Both the position numbers and the translations under genes were made by a program. From the NCBI GenBank assembly GCA_977016875.1, contig CDRNST010000127.1, forward strand, positions 248,001 to 312,000: a DNA stretch of 64,000 nt, given 5' to 3'. The notes beneath the pieces were generated by a model, which saw nothing but the letters and a program-made list of their open reading frames with translations, ran no database searches and was not told the DNA's origin. Source of the DNA: Pavona decussata. Its lineage: Eukaryota. Position 1 is the stretch's first letter; each line of letters begins with the position of its first letter. This document shows, one piece after another, positions 26,501 through 41,500 of this stretch.

Positions 26501-29500
26501 AAATAGTATCATGTGATAAATACTGAGGCATACGTTTTAATGGCTGAAGTTCTTTGATTTCTTCTAAGAAACCACCAGCGAAAGGCTTAAATTCGGGTAT
26601 TTCCACACGCTTGTGTTTCTCGCTAGCCATGGATAGATGACCCACTACAATTTCTTTACTAGTAAGGTCCTTTTTAGTGACTGACGGTGGATAAGCCGTT
26701 GACGCTGTAGTGTAATGCAGAGTGCTCTTCGGCGTCCTAAAGATGCTTGTTCCAGACGAACTTATTGCGTCAACATTCGTGGATGTTTCCTTGCGCAAAA
26801 GGATTCGTCTGATATCACTGAGAAGTTCGTTTACTTTCATGTAATTGGCTGTTGATCTCGATACATTCGATATAAGCTTTTGGATGGAATGATTAAGCGT
26901 CTGTATGAGAGGTATTTTAGGAAAGTTGTCACTCAGTTCTTTCATAATCCTGTTCACGTGAAGATTTTCCTCGGTATTAAGAGAATCATTTTGTTTGCGT
27001 GAAATGTTCTGTTTCCCTGAGTCTACGAGTTTTCTACTTGTTGCAATTTCTTGTGTCGTCATTTCCATATTTGACAGAGAGCCTTGAAGGGACTGAAGAA
27101 GATCCTCTGCTTTCCTTAAGGAAGACGATGTTTGGTTCTGTTTCCACTGAAGCAAGGAGAGTTCCTGTTCAATAGAGTTCAACTTACTATCTTTGTGAGT
27201 TCCATTTGAAGACACTGGAAACTGCAGCAATGACTCAAAATTCAGAATCGCATTGCTTTTCGTAAATGACACTGAGGATTCCGTCTTTCTCTGTGAACAA
27301 GGAGGTGACACTGGCGTTACCTGACTGCTCAAAAGTGAGGGACTCGCCATCAGCGAAGGCGTGCTTTTTTCATTTGATCTTGTGTAATATCGGGGAGGAC
27401 TGTTCATAATTTTGCTAAATGTGAGCATCTCTAACATATACGAAACCGAATTCGTATTTTTCGATGACGGAAGCTGCTTTTGAATACTTTTTGTCTTCGT
27501 TGGTTGAGTAATAATTCGTGTTGGAGTAACTATAATGTTATTGGCATCATTAAAAGAGGATGGTGATGCACGCAAACTAAAAAGCGAATGAGCTGTTCTC
27601 GTTGGCAATGCATTGCTGGAGGATGTTAGGAAATGCGTTGGTAATGGTAATGGTTCACTTGGAAATCCAGCCAAAGGTGAAGTGGATGTAGTTTTCAATC
27701 CTTGAACTGTAGATACTGCTAGTAAGACTCTCGTGGTCCTCGACATGGTAAGTGTGTAGTGTGCCACCAGTACCTCGGGGGTGGCATTTCCAGAAAATGA
27801 AATTTTATGGACACTTTCGTCTAGGGTGGAAGTTATGATATTTATACTCTTCCCAGAAGTTATACTAAAGGTGGGAAAGAACATACGGTCCACTGAATCA
27901 CTCTCGCTCATGCCTCCAGAGCTGTTTGCTAAAGGCCAAGTTGAGGGGGATCCATTGTATAAGACCTTGGCTACCGCTACATTCTTGCTACCTGGATTGT
28001 CTCTAACCTTGCTTAGTTGCACAGTTGTATTTTCGCCAGAAGAATAATGAAGAGATGTACTTAACAAGCTTCTAAGGGGAGGCGCAGAGCTTGGGTTTAG
28101 TGCTTTTCTTGTGAGAGAATTATAATTTTTTAAGTATGAACCAACTGTTATGTTTAGTGCAGTCCAGGTGGATTCGTCAAAAACTGATGATTTCAGTGGA
28201 ATGTCTCCCCTTTTATTCTCCTTAAAGGGATCGCCTCCTTGTACTTTTATGTGAGTTGTTTTCTCCAGAGTTAACACAGACTCTGTTAATACAAGGTTCT
28301 TTGAAATTGCATGGCTGCTTTCTTTATTTGACAAATTCGCAGACGATAATTTCTTCATATCCTCAGTTTGAAGATAAGGCATTGCTGTTGGGCGTAGAAG
28401 AGGAGTTGACGTAATTTTTGATATGGCAGAGTGAGATACTGTCATATTTGATGCTTTTAAGCTCGACGAAGGTTTTACTTTGATAGGCGTATTAAGAGGT
28501 AATGGTACGTTTCCGTCCGAGTACTTATTGGCCAAATTATATGCTCTTGTCATAGAATTCAAACTGAGAGGCGAATGGGTTGAAGAAGCACCATCTGATT
28601 CTATTTGGATTGTGTTGGTGGTTTGATGCTCACGCCTTTCTTTTTCCACTACAGTACTGTAACCAGAAGTTGGAGGGCTGACTGAAATTCTCGGCGACGA
28701 ACCATTTAATGACTCTGCAAAGCTAATCATAGACTTGACCAGTAATGAGTTCATTGGAGCTGTAGCTGCCGTCTCCGCTATGTCACTGAGCTGACGAGGG
28801 ATGATTGATGAAGTTTTGGAATCAATCACTACCATTGCGAGGTTTGAGTGAGTTGTAGGTGTTTTGTTTTTGAGTCCGTCTTCTACGTTAGTGATCTCAG
28901 ATGGATTCCAAGTCTTGAGAGTTCTATTGGATGTGTTTAAATGTGACGTTGCAAGTGAGGACGAAACATTTGATAAACCCTGTGTCTGGATGATGAATGT
29001 TGAACCATTTATATTGCTAAGCGATTTTGACTCCCTTTCCATAGTAGGGATTAGATATGATGGTTCCAAGGTTTTCTTAGGAGTTACACTTCCAAGTACT
29101 GGTGTAGGTTGCTTCAGAGGGGGGAAGACATTAGAGGATTCCAATACAGGGTTCGAGGTTGTTACAACATAACTAGTACCAGCGTTTGATGTCATTTCTT
29201 GACTAGTACGAAGGACACTTGATGATTTCAGTTTATGTGACGCTTCTTTATTATTCGTATTGCTTAATGACGGATTAAGCCCAGGCCGAACAGGGAAGAT
29301 GTAAGATGATTCCGACAATGTATTTGTTTTATCTTTAACAATCACGCCGTGGACAGATGGTGAAATTTCATGCTGAATAGAGAAAGTGTTTGTTGATTCC
29401 AGCGTAGGAGTTGTGCTTGATGAAGCATTTACAATACCAGATGAAGTTAAATGGAGGTTCAGCGAGACTAAGTGAAGAGATTTCTGCGATACCTCAGTGT

Positions 29501-32500
29501 GGGTTCTAGTAATGTTTCCATTATTTCCTTTGCCCTTAGCGCGTTCCAACTGAGATCTGCGAATTGCTGCTCCATCCTCATCAGATGTAACATTGAGGTT
29601 ATCATTATTTTGATACTTGTCGAGTAGCTCCTTTGGAATCATCTTCAGGAAATATTCGACTTCAACCTTGTTCCTCGCTAAATAAACTACAGTAGGTTTA
29701 TAGAACTCTGACTTCGCTGCAACAGTTTGGCAATCAAGTTCATTAGAGCATGACACCAGATGACATCTGGATCCCAACATGAAGACTGCGTTACATACAG
29801 TCGTTTCGCAACATAACACAACGCATTCATCAATGCCGGTTACTATACCGACTGACTTGAAATCACCAGCGTGCTTTCCAAGCTTAAACCGGACGTCACG
29901 CAGTACGGGGCTGCGAATGCACGACCCTTGTTTGACGACTACATCTGTCATCGGCAAATGTTTCTCATCTTTGGGTTTGTTGTTCCCTGTTCTATTAGCG
30001 TTTATCTTTGATGTTTCAGTGTGACTGATGAGCTGTTTTATTAGTTCTGTTTCGTCCTTACTGCGCGCCACATAGGCAACCTTCATGCTTTCCCTCACTT
30101 CCCTACCTTTAGCAGGAATAGCCTCACAGCCTCTCTTGTTAAAACACGCTACAATATAACAGGTCTCATTTACCAAGAATGCCACGTTACATTCCGGTGT
30201 TTTGCAGCACATTTCCACGCACTCCTCCACGCCTTCAACTTTTCCCTCATTCTTTACATCTCCAGCCTCAAGCCCACCACGCAATGTCGAGTTGTTAAAA
30301 ACGAAGGTGTGAGTGCAGGCATAAGATCGTTTTCTGTTCCGATTTTTCCTTTCCTTCAGTAAGCTGTAATCACTCATGAAGGAATAGTCCTCAGATGAGA
30401 AGATGGATGAGCTATTTTTATTTTTATCACCCCCGAAACTCGCCATCGAAAACATAGACGAGCCCACTTGATTTCTGAAAGTGTCCCAAGGCTTAACATA
30501 ACTGAGAGATTGCCTCGTCACCTCACTTTTTCTGCTGGAAGAAAAAGGCTTGCTTGAGATACGTTTGCCAGGTAATAACTGCAACATTGGTGTCACAGAG
30601 ATTGCGTGCCATACGTTTTTTCCCATATTTGCTGTATCCACTTGACTTCTTACAGTAGTAGAGGAAATTCGGCTAGCCCCGCTGCTTAAGCTACTAATCA
30701 CATTTGACATGGATGACGCTTTAGAAGAAACTGTCCTAGACAGTGAGAAACTTGTAATAAGGCCTCCATGCTGCGATGACACGCGTGATGGTATATCGTG
30801 CTTCTTGACGTTCAAATTGTAGACGATATTTTTACTGTTTGTATTAAAATTCGTTCGTGTGGGGTGGATGTAATGAGACCCAGTATAGTCAAGTGCCATG
30901 ACATGTGAGTTACTTTCGCTGGTACTGTTCTTCACATTCAAAATCGTGGATTGGTTTTGACCTTTGATAGCATTTCGGACATCTCTCATGAATGTTGAGT
31001 GACTGACATGCTCTTTGGATTCGGTGAGCAACCGTATTTGTGCCTTCTTAAAAGGCGAGAGGAGATGGCCCAGATTTTTACGGACGCCTACAAATTTGTT
31101 TATCATAAAAGCTTTCTTTGAACCCGTAAACTTGCAGCCTCTCGTCTTGAAACAAATTAGATTATAGCAGTACTGATCAATAAACATTGCAGCTCCGCAC
31201 CCGTGATAATCACAGCAAGCCTCGGTGCATTTTTTCATGTCTTTGATGTCGGGCAATCGAAGGAATTTTCCACTCTTCCATCCTCCAGTTATATTCACGT
31301 TCGTCTGTTCATCGGTGATATCACAGTGCCCTCCTAAGATGCTCTTTGTAAACTGGGTCATTGAATCAGAGCCTATATCACCAGAAGTGGGGCTTATGCT
31401 TCTATTTTGAGCTCGAGCTACAAATGCGATAGCCGTCGTAAAGTCCACCTGCTTTGCTTTCATTGTTTTGCAATCTCTCTTATTGGCACATGCAACTGAG
31501 TAACAATTCTCGCCAATCATGAAAGCTGCATTGCAGGAGCTGCTGCAACATTCCTTTATACAAGCGCTCACGTTCTTTACTTCACTACGCAATGTGAAGT
31601 TCCCGGCTTTTAAACCTCTCTGAAATGTATATCCACGTTGGATACCACCTGATTGAATACAACTTATATGACCTGTAGCCGGGAAAGGGACGTTTTCAAA
31701 AAAGCTGTTGTTCTTTAACGCCATAAACGTTTTTAATTTCGTCGTTCTTGCATTTAATGGAAGACAGCCGCTCTTGTCTTCAGCGCACTTAACGGAATAA
31801 CAATTGTTTTCAACCATGAAAGCAACATCACAGTTTTGTGAATTACAGCATTTATCGACACAAGACGAAAATTCATTTACAATTCCGTGGTCTGTAAAGT
31901 TGCCCGCATTTATTCCTCCCTTAAGGGTAACGCCTTTGAGAACACCACTCACAAGAGGGCATGTCTGTTGTGCTTTGATCTTAGCTATCCCCTTTGGTTC
32001 TGGCTGGGAATGTTTCTTGGAAAGAGTCTTGCGAAAGTATACTATCGATGTGTTAACTTTCTGTGACTTTGATGGGATTGCGTGACAGGCTTTGTCGCTG
32101 ACACAATCAATTGTAAAACAGTTATTGAGTATCATAAACGCTGCATCGCAAACCTTTTTGGAGCAGCAAATGTTGGAGCAGGCTTGAATACTGTCCACCG
32201 TGCCGTAATCTGTGTAGTTGCCGGCGCTCATTCCAGCAAGAAATGTCATATTCTTTAGAACTGTTATGTTCTTTGCGCAGTTTTTAATCGTGAAGTTGCT
32301 GTCGTATACCAGTGAAGAAGCGGTTGGATGACTAGTGGTACTGTACGGCAACCGAAGCATTCTGTCTTTCAGGTACACCACACGGGTATTGATCACAGTT
32401 GTATCAACAGGCAGGACTTCACAGGTTTTCTGACTGTAACACTGTATGGAGTAACACGTGTTTCCAACCATAAACGCTACGTGACAAGAAAGAAGATCAT

Positions 32501-35500
32501 AACATAGTTCCACACACGTTTCCATAGTTTCAACTTTGCCGCGTTCAGTAAAAACACCAGCTTCTAGTCCACCGCGAAACGTAACATAGGTGAATTCTTT
32601 ACTACGCTCAGCATGACTGGAAAGTGTCTTGTTTCGCACGGGTTCATGATGGAAAGAATGCCTGGTCTCAACAACACTTAAATGACTATTCAGTTTACTG
32701 GCAGTGAAAAATGGAATCACTCTGGAATTAGCTGAAGGCAACACAGTCCGTAACGTACTGAGTTGGACAAACCCAGTTTCAATTTTCCGGGTGGTGGCTG
32801 CCGATAATCTTCCATGGCTTTGCAGTGTCATCATTTCTCTTGACAGATGAGATGAAGTGGGCGAGATTAAGTGTGGTCTTGTTGCCGTGGTTTTGCTTAC
32901 TTCTAAGAAAGCCGAGACTTTTGTAGATGTTGCGCTAATGGCCTGAAAATGCGTGCTCACGTTTCCATTCCTTGAAACTATTGTCGTAAAAGAGTTCCCC
33001 TTTACGTAATTTCGTTTAGTTTGAATCATAGCCTCTAGTTTAGTAAATCTCTTTAGCAAAAGTTCTATGAGCTTGTTGTGTTTATTGTCAACCCTAGTTA
33101 ACTTCTCTGGTCGCTCTATTTTAGACCTTTCAATGACAGTGCTGTTCGGGTCTCTCCTCTTTAACTGCAATGCTGCGAGAACTGATGATATTCTCTTCAG
33201 CTTTGACGAAATGCCTTCAAGTTTCAAATCGACGTGTTTGGATATTTCACTCGAGCCATCACCTCTGTCCATTGTTTCATTGAAAGGTAACGACAAGTTA
33301 GCTGAAGTCCTGAGATGATTATTTGTTTCACGCAACACAAGTCTCTGTAGATGACCTAACATGCTTTCAAGTCGAGCAACGGAATGCACCAACCCTGTTT
33401 CATTCTTCAAAAGCTCTCCAATGTGTCGAAGGGCAAGATGAAAGACAGGGCTGGAGACAATTCCACTTGCAAGAGCGCGAACGACCTTTTGTTTTTCCTT
33501 TACTTTACCCAGAGTTTCCTCAAGAGTCCTTTGAAGAGGTTTTGAAGTTATATCCACAGAATCAGTTATGAATGTACCAGCAGTCGAATGCTGGAATGCA
33601 TCAAGACCACCACGGACGGAGGAAGCGCTTGTGATTTCTTTCTTGAAAGCTAGTGACTTTACCGGGGTTCCGTACGATGCATTTACGGACACATTAACTG
33701 CGTCAGAGGAATGCAATGAGTCTGAAGGATCCAAAGTTACTGCGCTAAGGCTAACAGCTATACTCTGTGTCTTTGCAATACTGAGTTGTCTCCCGGATGG
33801 AGCGCTTGTGTTTCCTGACCCAGTGGATGAAATTGGTATTAACTCTGTTTGCCAGATACGAGATACTGAAGTACCTTGCTTTGAGGATTCTGTTAAATTG
33901 TTCTTAACTTTCTGTGATGCTGCCATAGAATCTGGAACATTCGCTGACGGCGTTAAATCGACTCTGTGTTGTTGTGCAAGTTCGACTAGAGTAGCATTTC
34001 CTGCTAGTTTAATAATGAAGTCTTTGCTTTCTATACTATTAAGTGGTTTCGACGTTAAGATGACGCTGCTTACGGATAATTGTAGTTGTTTAGACACTGT
34101 CAATATTACAGGAGTCCTAGTACCATGGCCATGCGAGATATACAGAGATGAGGTTTTTCGAGGTTGGTATGACTTTGTAATCATTATGGTCTGGTTAACC
34201 AGTAGATTGGGCGTTGGTTCTGTTTTCCATTTTCGGGAAGATAACAGTGAATCAGCTGTTGTATGATGTGAAGTACTCGTTGAGGCAGGTTCTACTCTCG
34301 TGGCTTTTAAAGCTAAAGATAAATATTGATGAGTGGAAGTTGGTTCCAAACTCGAGCTGTTTCGATTTAAAGGTGTCAAAGAAAGTATTGTTGCCCTTTC
34401 TACCATGGAAGTTGCACTAACCTGGGGTGAGGATGACGTCGGAAAGGAACTTAAAACTGGCAGCCGTGGTGTATCAGTTGTGGGTGTTTTAAGTAATTCG
34501 TTCTGTTTAAACGTAGGCGCTTGCTTTGTAGCAGGCGAGGGCTCTTCTTTATCAATTGATCTTACGGTGTCTTTCACGTTCATCACAAGAAACGATCTTT
34601 TACTTTCATGAACTGAAATGTTTATCTTTGATGCCGTAAAAGGAAAGTCAAAGCTCTGGATTGGTATATTACTATGTGTTGGTGTTGGGTTGGGCAGAGA
34701 TTTGGCACCAACCAGTTGGACATTATTGTACTCCTGCTCAGCGTCAGGTTTGTTTGTGTGGACAAATGGATTCGTTGAATGTGGCACGCTTGTAGAAACG
34801 CCTGATAAACTGACTAGCTCGACAATCCTTGATGTTACCATGGGAATTTCATCTCGCTCCTGTTGTATCTTGGAAGGCATATAGGAAGGTTTCAAGGTGG
34901 CATGCACTGAACCAGAGAGATCAACAGCGACAGTTGAAAAATGGGTTTGGGTGGGTGAGAAATTTATTAGACTAGCAAGCTTTTCTAGTCTAGGTGTCAT
35001 GGTGGGGCTTTCCTGGAATCTCACTTGTTTGTCAGAAGGACTACTCAGCTGAGATTTCTGTTCGGAGAATGGATGCACCACATCAGAGTTTGTGACGTGA
35101 ATAAGTCGTTGTACGCCTTTAAGAGAGACAAAGCTCAGGGTAGTAAGCCCGTCTAGATTTGTTGTCTTTACAACGCCCCCATCCAATTCCACTTGTGTTC
35201 TAAATGGATCACTTAACAGTGTATTCTGGCCAGAAGAAGTAGCGGCTGTTAAATGCATGAAAATTGGGCTTTCGGTATCATGGTAGAAAGTTGAAAAATG
35301 TATCTCTTTTAGGGAGATGTCCGAGACGCTATGAAGCCCTTGAGGTCTTGGTGTCAAGGAAGGGATCTGATCTCCTTCTATTTGAATGCTTGATGGGCTA
35401 TTCGACTGTGCATTCTGTTTAGTAAACGGTATGATGGTCGAGTTGGTGTAATTCATCACAGGGGTGACGCTAGCATCCACAAAGGAAAGCGATGATTGTT

Positions 35501-38500
35501 TATCACTGGAGGTAATGTCAGACGAGCTTGCAATTTCGCCAACTGCTGATGTGATCGAATATAATTCTTCTCGTTCCTCCTGCATCTGCTCGTTCGCACT
35601 CAGTTCAGAGGAGGTTACGATGGTTGGATGTCCCACTCTTAGATACGCTGTAGTGGCAAACGCACTGGAAGAAGACATCACCTTTGATGAGACGTCCCTC
35701 GAACTAGCGAGTGTGTCTTGACTTGATGTGACAACTGAGACACTACTTTCCTCTTTTATCAAGGAAGGCCTGCCAGACTCTACATTCTCACTACGGTTAT
35801 CAGTATGGCCAAAGGAGGCGGATGAATGTGTCTTTTTGGGAAGGGCATCTGACAAGCTAAAGAACCCCTCTAACTTTGGCGTGATGACAGGGATCTGATC
35901 TCGTTGCCATTGTCTTTTGCTCTGCTGTGCATTTTGTTCAGAGGAGGCAGAAACGGTTGCAGGCTTCATAGCAGTGCTGTATACAGCATCCAATGAAGTT
36001 GGAAAATCTGTCACGCTTCTAGCAATGTCTGATATTTTAGGAAGTCCGTCTAGTCTTGGTGTAACGGTGGGTATCTGACCAGGTTCCATAATCGGTTCAG
36101 GATTTATGTTGTCGGTATCTTTAGCGTTCAAATGCACCGTTGGTGACGATGCTTCTATGGTAACAGAAGACGTCCTCCACTGATAAGCATTCTTGGCTTG
36201 AGAAGGCACATCCTCGCTAGTTTCAAGTATCACGTTTGTGAGCCCACGGTCACTAAGCTTTTCGATCGTCGAGATGCCCATCGGAGGAGTTTCACTTAAA
36301 GTTTCGGTTGTTTGCATGTCAGTATACCTAACCAAGCCGCTGTTAGTCAAATCGCTTGTGGCTTTCACCGGTATGCCACTGTTCGGGGTATCTCTTGTTG
36401 ACAACGACAGGCTTGAAGCAAAGTCCTCCAAAACAGATGCTGTGGCCTCTGATATTCGTTTCTCTTCGCTCTCCACTACTGCAAGCAACAGTAACAACAA
36501 CAACGACTTTATACACTTAAACACACATTTACAGGACACACTTCAAATCCCGCAGGTGGCTTTTAAGCTATTCGAGGTGGGCTCAATTCAAGGAAGAAAA
36601 CGATCTTGCAACAAAAGAATGAAAAACAAAAAAACAAAACAAAAAAAAACAGACAGATAATTCTAGAAGCTATCTAGCGTTTGATTGTCCTGATCTTGTT
36701 GTGTAGTGTAGACGATAACGGCGCGGTAAAAACCCGAACGAAAACAAATACCGTTACCTAAACTTAGACCTCAAAGCTCTTGATTCAATCTGGGAGACTC
36801 TACTGACTTCGAGAAGCAATTTGTGGTGTGGCTTATAGGCAGCATAGGCAAATAGCAAATAGTGAAAGGGTCTGCGTTTTTCTTTTCCTGCTTCTTCACG
36901 TGCACTCGTTGGTGTTTCCAAAGGGGATAACAGCGATAGAGCTGGACATTGGCGTAGACTAAGACAATGTACATGTTATTTGGAGTATAAGCTTACCTGA
37001 CTTGGCATTTAAGCTTGAAGACATCTCTGTGAATGTCGCTGGTTCGGTTGACACTTTTTTGACTGAGCTTCCTGGCAACATATCTGTTCCATATGGACCG
37101 GGATCCGGTTTAAGTGTCTTTGAGGAAACAACAGAAGCAACGACGAATTCCAGACTGGAAGAGGCCATCACAGAACCCTCACTGACGGTTCGTGAAATTC
37201 TTTTCGAGCTATCGGTGCTTGTGACTCCAGGTACCAAGAGTGATGATATAATTTGAAGTTTTTCTGTCGTTAAATTTAAACTAGGGGTATGCCTTATGGC
37301 CTCAATTCTCGACTCAAGCAATATTATTTCTTTCAACTTTGGGGTTTCAAGAGATACACTAGAGCCTAATATGATCGGCAAAGACGAATCATGTGCAGCG
37401 ACTGGGCCTGCTTCAATGGTATATGACTGTACTCGCATCGTGTTCGTTAAGGGAGTTGACAAAGTTATTTTCGAAGATCCCAAAGTTTGTGATTGTAATC
37501 TCAAGCTGCCAGGCAAGTCACCAGGCTCTTTTTCAGGTATCTTTGAGGCAGTGGAAGAGAGCAAGTTGTTTGATGTAACAGGGCTTGCTTGAACTCTTGC
37601 TGTCGACAGCTTCTCTAATTCCTGCAACTGCAACTGAAAGCTGGTAAGACTGCTACCTTCAGTTAAAATGCTGTCAGTTTGTGACGAAGGGGTACTGAAG
37701 CCTTCCAAATGTTTGGAACTTTCTTGCTGCATCTCAAAGCTTGATATCACACTTGTGTCAACTGCCAAGGTCTTGGTCTCTGAGATTAGTATCGCCATTT
37801 TCGTTTTATTCGAAACTCGTGACAGGAGCTCCGTTTTCTTAACAGTCGCGTTACTTCCCGGGTGAATAAGCGTTGTCGTTCTTCCAAGGCCAGATCCAGA
37901 ATCATTCAAAGTCAACAATGGCTGCGACATCAAAACGTATTGGGGAGTTGTCTCGTTTGCAAAGATGTCTGTTTCCGTTTCGTTAGACACTAGTACAGTA
38001 TCATTGGAAGTCATTTCCTCGTCAGCTTTACTGTTATTTGCTATGTCAACAAATCCACTGCCGTTTGAATGAATGTTTCGCACCTTGACTGAGCTCAATG
38101 GGAAGAAGCTACCCATAGTGAAAGTGACATTTTCTGTGTCGCTGTTAATGGAAGACCGGTGCTTTCTTGACACAAAGTCCGTTTTGCTCCTGTATGACTT
38201 GATCTCTGCTAAAACAAACAATTGAATGACACAAGGTATTAATGTGTTTTGACTTCAACGAAAGGCTTGGAAAATTACTTCTTCGTGGCGGTGTCTGTTT
38301 TTCAGCATTTTCAAAACAAAATGTGCGACTTTCTGGAAGTGGATATGATCTTCCTGAAGACTAGATGTATGGGTCTCCTGTAACCGTATTTTTCTTTAAC
38401 CTTCCAAAAAGTACTTTTACATCGTATCTTCGGCAGCTTAAAACTCCGGTAAGATAAGAACATATCTGGTGAATGAGCCTCTTAACTTGGTTTGAGTACG

Positions 38501-41500
38501 CAACACGAAAAAGGAACATCTTGATCTTTATAATAAACTAAGTACTTATTTCATCTTCAATTAAATTACGACATTTAATAGGCTTCTAACTACAAACGTA
38601 TGGGACATAATATGTTAATGTCTTTCTTTCTTCTGAACCGTTTCTATTTCGGAAAGTCTAAGAGTTAGTAGAATAAAGTAAACAAACGATTCATTTGGCG
38701 ATTTAATCAAGGAATAATCATAAAAACGGCCTGCTCTTACTGGACTGAAATTGAAGACAGTTTTAAAATTAAGGCAGATTTGAATGTTACAGTTCCTTAC
38801 CAATGTTCCTACGTTTTCCATGCTTTATCTTGTACGCTATCTGGGGATGGTATTCAGAGGAACGTGACGGTACTGCGTCACACAACATTTCATTGTTACA
38901 GGACACGAGAAAGCAATTGTCTTTCAACATCAGAGCCACATCACACACTTTATGCCTGCAGCATTCTTTTATACAAGTCTCCATGTCCTGGACTTCCATT
39001 AAATACTTGAACTTGCCAGAGTGCGATCCACCGCGCAAGACAACTTCATGAAGCACTTGACTGAAGTCACAAACTTCGGTAGCTATACGTTCTGAAGCAT
39101 TCTCCGGTTCAATCAAATCTTTTAGCACGGCCAACGAGCGCGAATAGTTTGACAGATATTGATGGGGGCATTTTCGGTTGCCATGACAATTCAGGGAATA
39201 ACAGGTGCCGTTTTCCTCCAAAGCAACTTCACACCCTTCAGTCTGACAGCAAAACTTTGCACAATCGCCCAAATCACGCGCTGCAGAGTGCACTGTGAAA
39301 GATCCATCCTGAACTTTGTACTTTGGCTCGCTGATATCATCCAACACACAACGGAGGCTGTTACTGAGGACGCCAGTATTTGGCAAGTGAACATTGAAGC
39401 CTTCCAGTGACTGTTCTTGAAAAGGACGAATGTAAGCCACGAGTGGATGGTACTTATACGCAAAATGCGCTTTAACGCTGGTGCATTTTTCTTTGCTGAA
39501 GCATTGGACGGCATAACAGATCTTAATAACCACGAAGGCTAAATTGCATTTAGACAAACTGCAGCATGCTGCGACACACTCATTTATACTTGTGGCGTTA
39601 TCTTGTCTGGTAAATACACCGGCATAATAACCTCCCCTCAAGGTAACCCCATTTACTACTTCAGCATGGCTGCAAATTTCTTTTTCTTTTCGATTTTGTT
39701 CTTGGGAGTAATCTTTCTCTACGAGCTTCACTGAATTACCAGTATGGAAGCTGTTCGTTAAATTACTATACAAACTGCTTGCATCGGCGAATGTCCTTTT
39801 GAAGTTTGAATTATAAGCATGAATTTTGTCTTCGGTTTGCGGAGAAAATCCCTGAATGATAACTGAATTGTTACTGTCTTCCACTGTATTAAAGCTTGAA
39901 TTTTCCAGCTGTTTGTGCTCTGGTTTGAAGTTGGTTTTCACTTCAACGTAATCCGACGGGCTGTCATCTAGAACATGTTCTGTCAGCTCGAGTTCAGTGT
40001 CACTATCAGAATTGATTTTGTCAAGGGATGTCTTCACATTTAAAATTGATGCTTTGGATGGATTTATGTTACGTGGGGACGCTTCTTCTCCCGTGGTGAT
40101 TGTTGAATTACCATCGTTGCTGGCTTCAGGTGATCCTGCTTTAAAGTTGGAGTTAGTGGAATGTTTTTCTTCTGGATTGAAGTATTGCCACCAGAATTCT
40201 GAGCCGTTGGTTTTTACTTCTACGAAATCAGACGAATCCCCTTCTAATAAATTCCTTGGCGCCTCTGGTTCAGGATTTCTTTCCGTAGTAAAGTTCGCGG
40301 TGGATGTTTCTTCCTTTATAAATGGTACTCTGGTAGGGTTTATGTCTGGAGGGAAGGCATCATTCATTGAGGGCATTGGTGAACTTAACACAGCGCTTGA
40401 ACTCATTCGTTCATTATAATTCGATGACTCAGTAACTGGGTAAGATGCTGTACTCGACTGGGTGCTCATGTTCCACTGAGGGATTGACAGACTCGCTAGA
40501 CCATCTTGTGCCAAATATCCTGGTTTCTCTTCAAGTTGAACTCGATGTTTTTCCACAAAAACCATTCTCGGGTTGAACTTTGAACCATGGAATGGAAAAG
40601 TTCGACAGGTTTTGTTACTATGACAACGTACAAAAAAGCAATCCTGGGATATCATAAAAGCAACGTCGCAAAGTCCAGACTCGCAGCACCATTGAGCGCA
40701 TTCCCGGATGCCATCGGAAAGTCCTTGATTGGTAAATACCCCAGCTTGTCGCCCGAGTCGAAAGGATACATTGTGAAATGTTTTGCTGAAAATACAAGCC
40801 GACTGGTCAAGGTGAGCCATGCCTGACTGATGTTCTGAGGGCCTGTGACCGTACACTGTTCCATTCTTGCTATCCCTAGCTTGTTCCCCGTTAGTCTGAT
40901 TCATGTTCAAGTGAGAACTTTCAGGTGTATCTGTTTCCTTTGACAGGATAATTCTACTTCTATTAGATTTAGCTTGAAGTTCGTTTATGATCGTCAAATT
41001 TACATAGGTAATAATGGGCATGAAAGTATCTACATTTCTGGCAGGGACGGCATCACACAAATCATCGCTGCTACAGTCCACGAGAAAACATCTATCCAAA
41101 ACCATGAATGTCACGTCACAGCCTTTGCTTGCGCAGCAGCGGGTCACGCAATCCTCCTCAGATGATACTATTCCGACGAAGGTGAAATTTCCTGCTTTGA
41201 AACCCCCTCGCAGAGTCACATTATAATATGTGTCACTAGTGGTACAGTTTTCTGGCTTAAAGCTTCCATTTTTCACTTTTGTTGAACTTTGGGTTGTAAC
41301 GTTTTTGGCTGCCTCGTTAGATTCAGGATATGACAAAGCTAGCGCTTGACCTGTGTCATAGTCTATGCCACTCCCAAAAGTGGTAGAGCTAGCCATACCA
41401 GACTCACTGCTTCCACTCTGTTCATCTATCTGCCTGAATGTTTGAGAATTCTCCTCTGAACTTGGAGCCGAAGGAACTTGTTTGTAATAAACTGGTTCAC

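Noticed and set aside
36479-36539. Apparent signal peptide ([12 protein letters not shown]) starting the 6,484-aa ORF, suggesting a stand-alone intronless gene
   Set aside because: The ORF starts at GTG, not ATG. The Leu run is a translated (TTG)n acceptor tract ending in CAG, in the same phase as all other exons.
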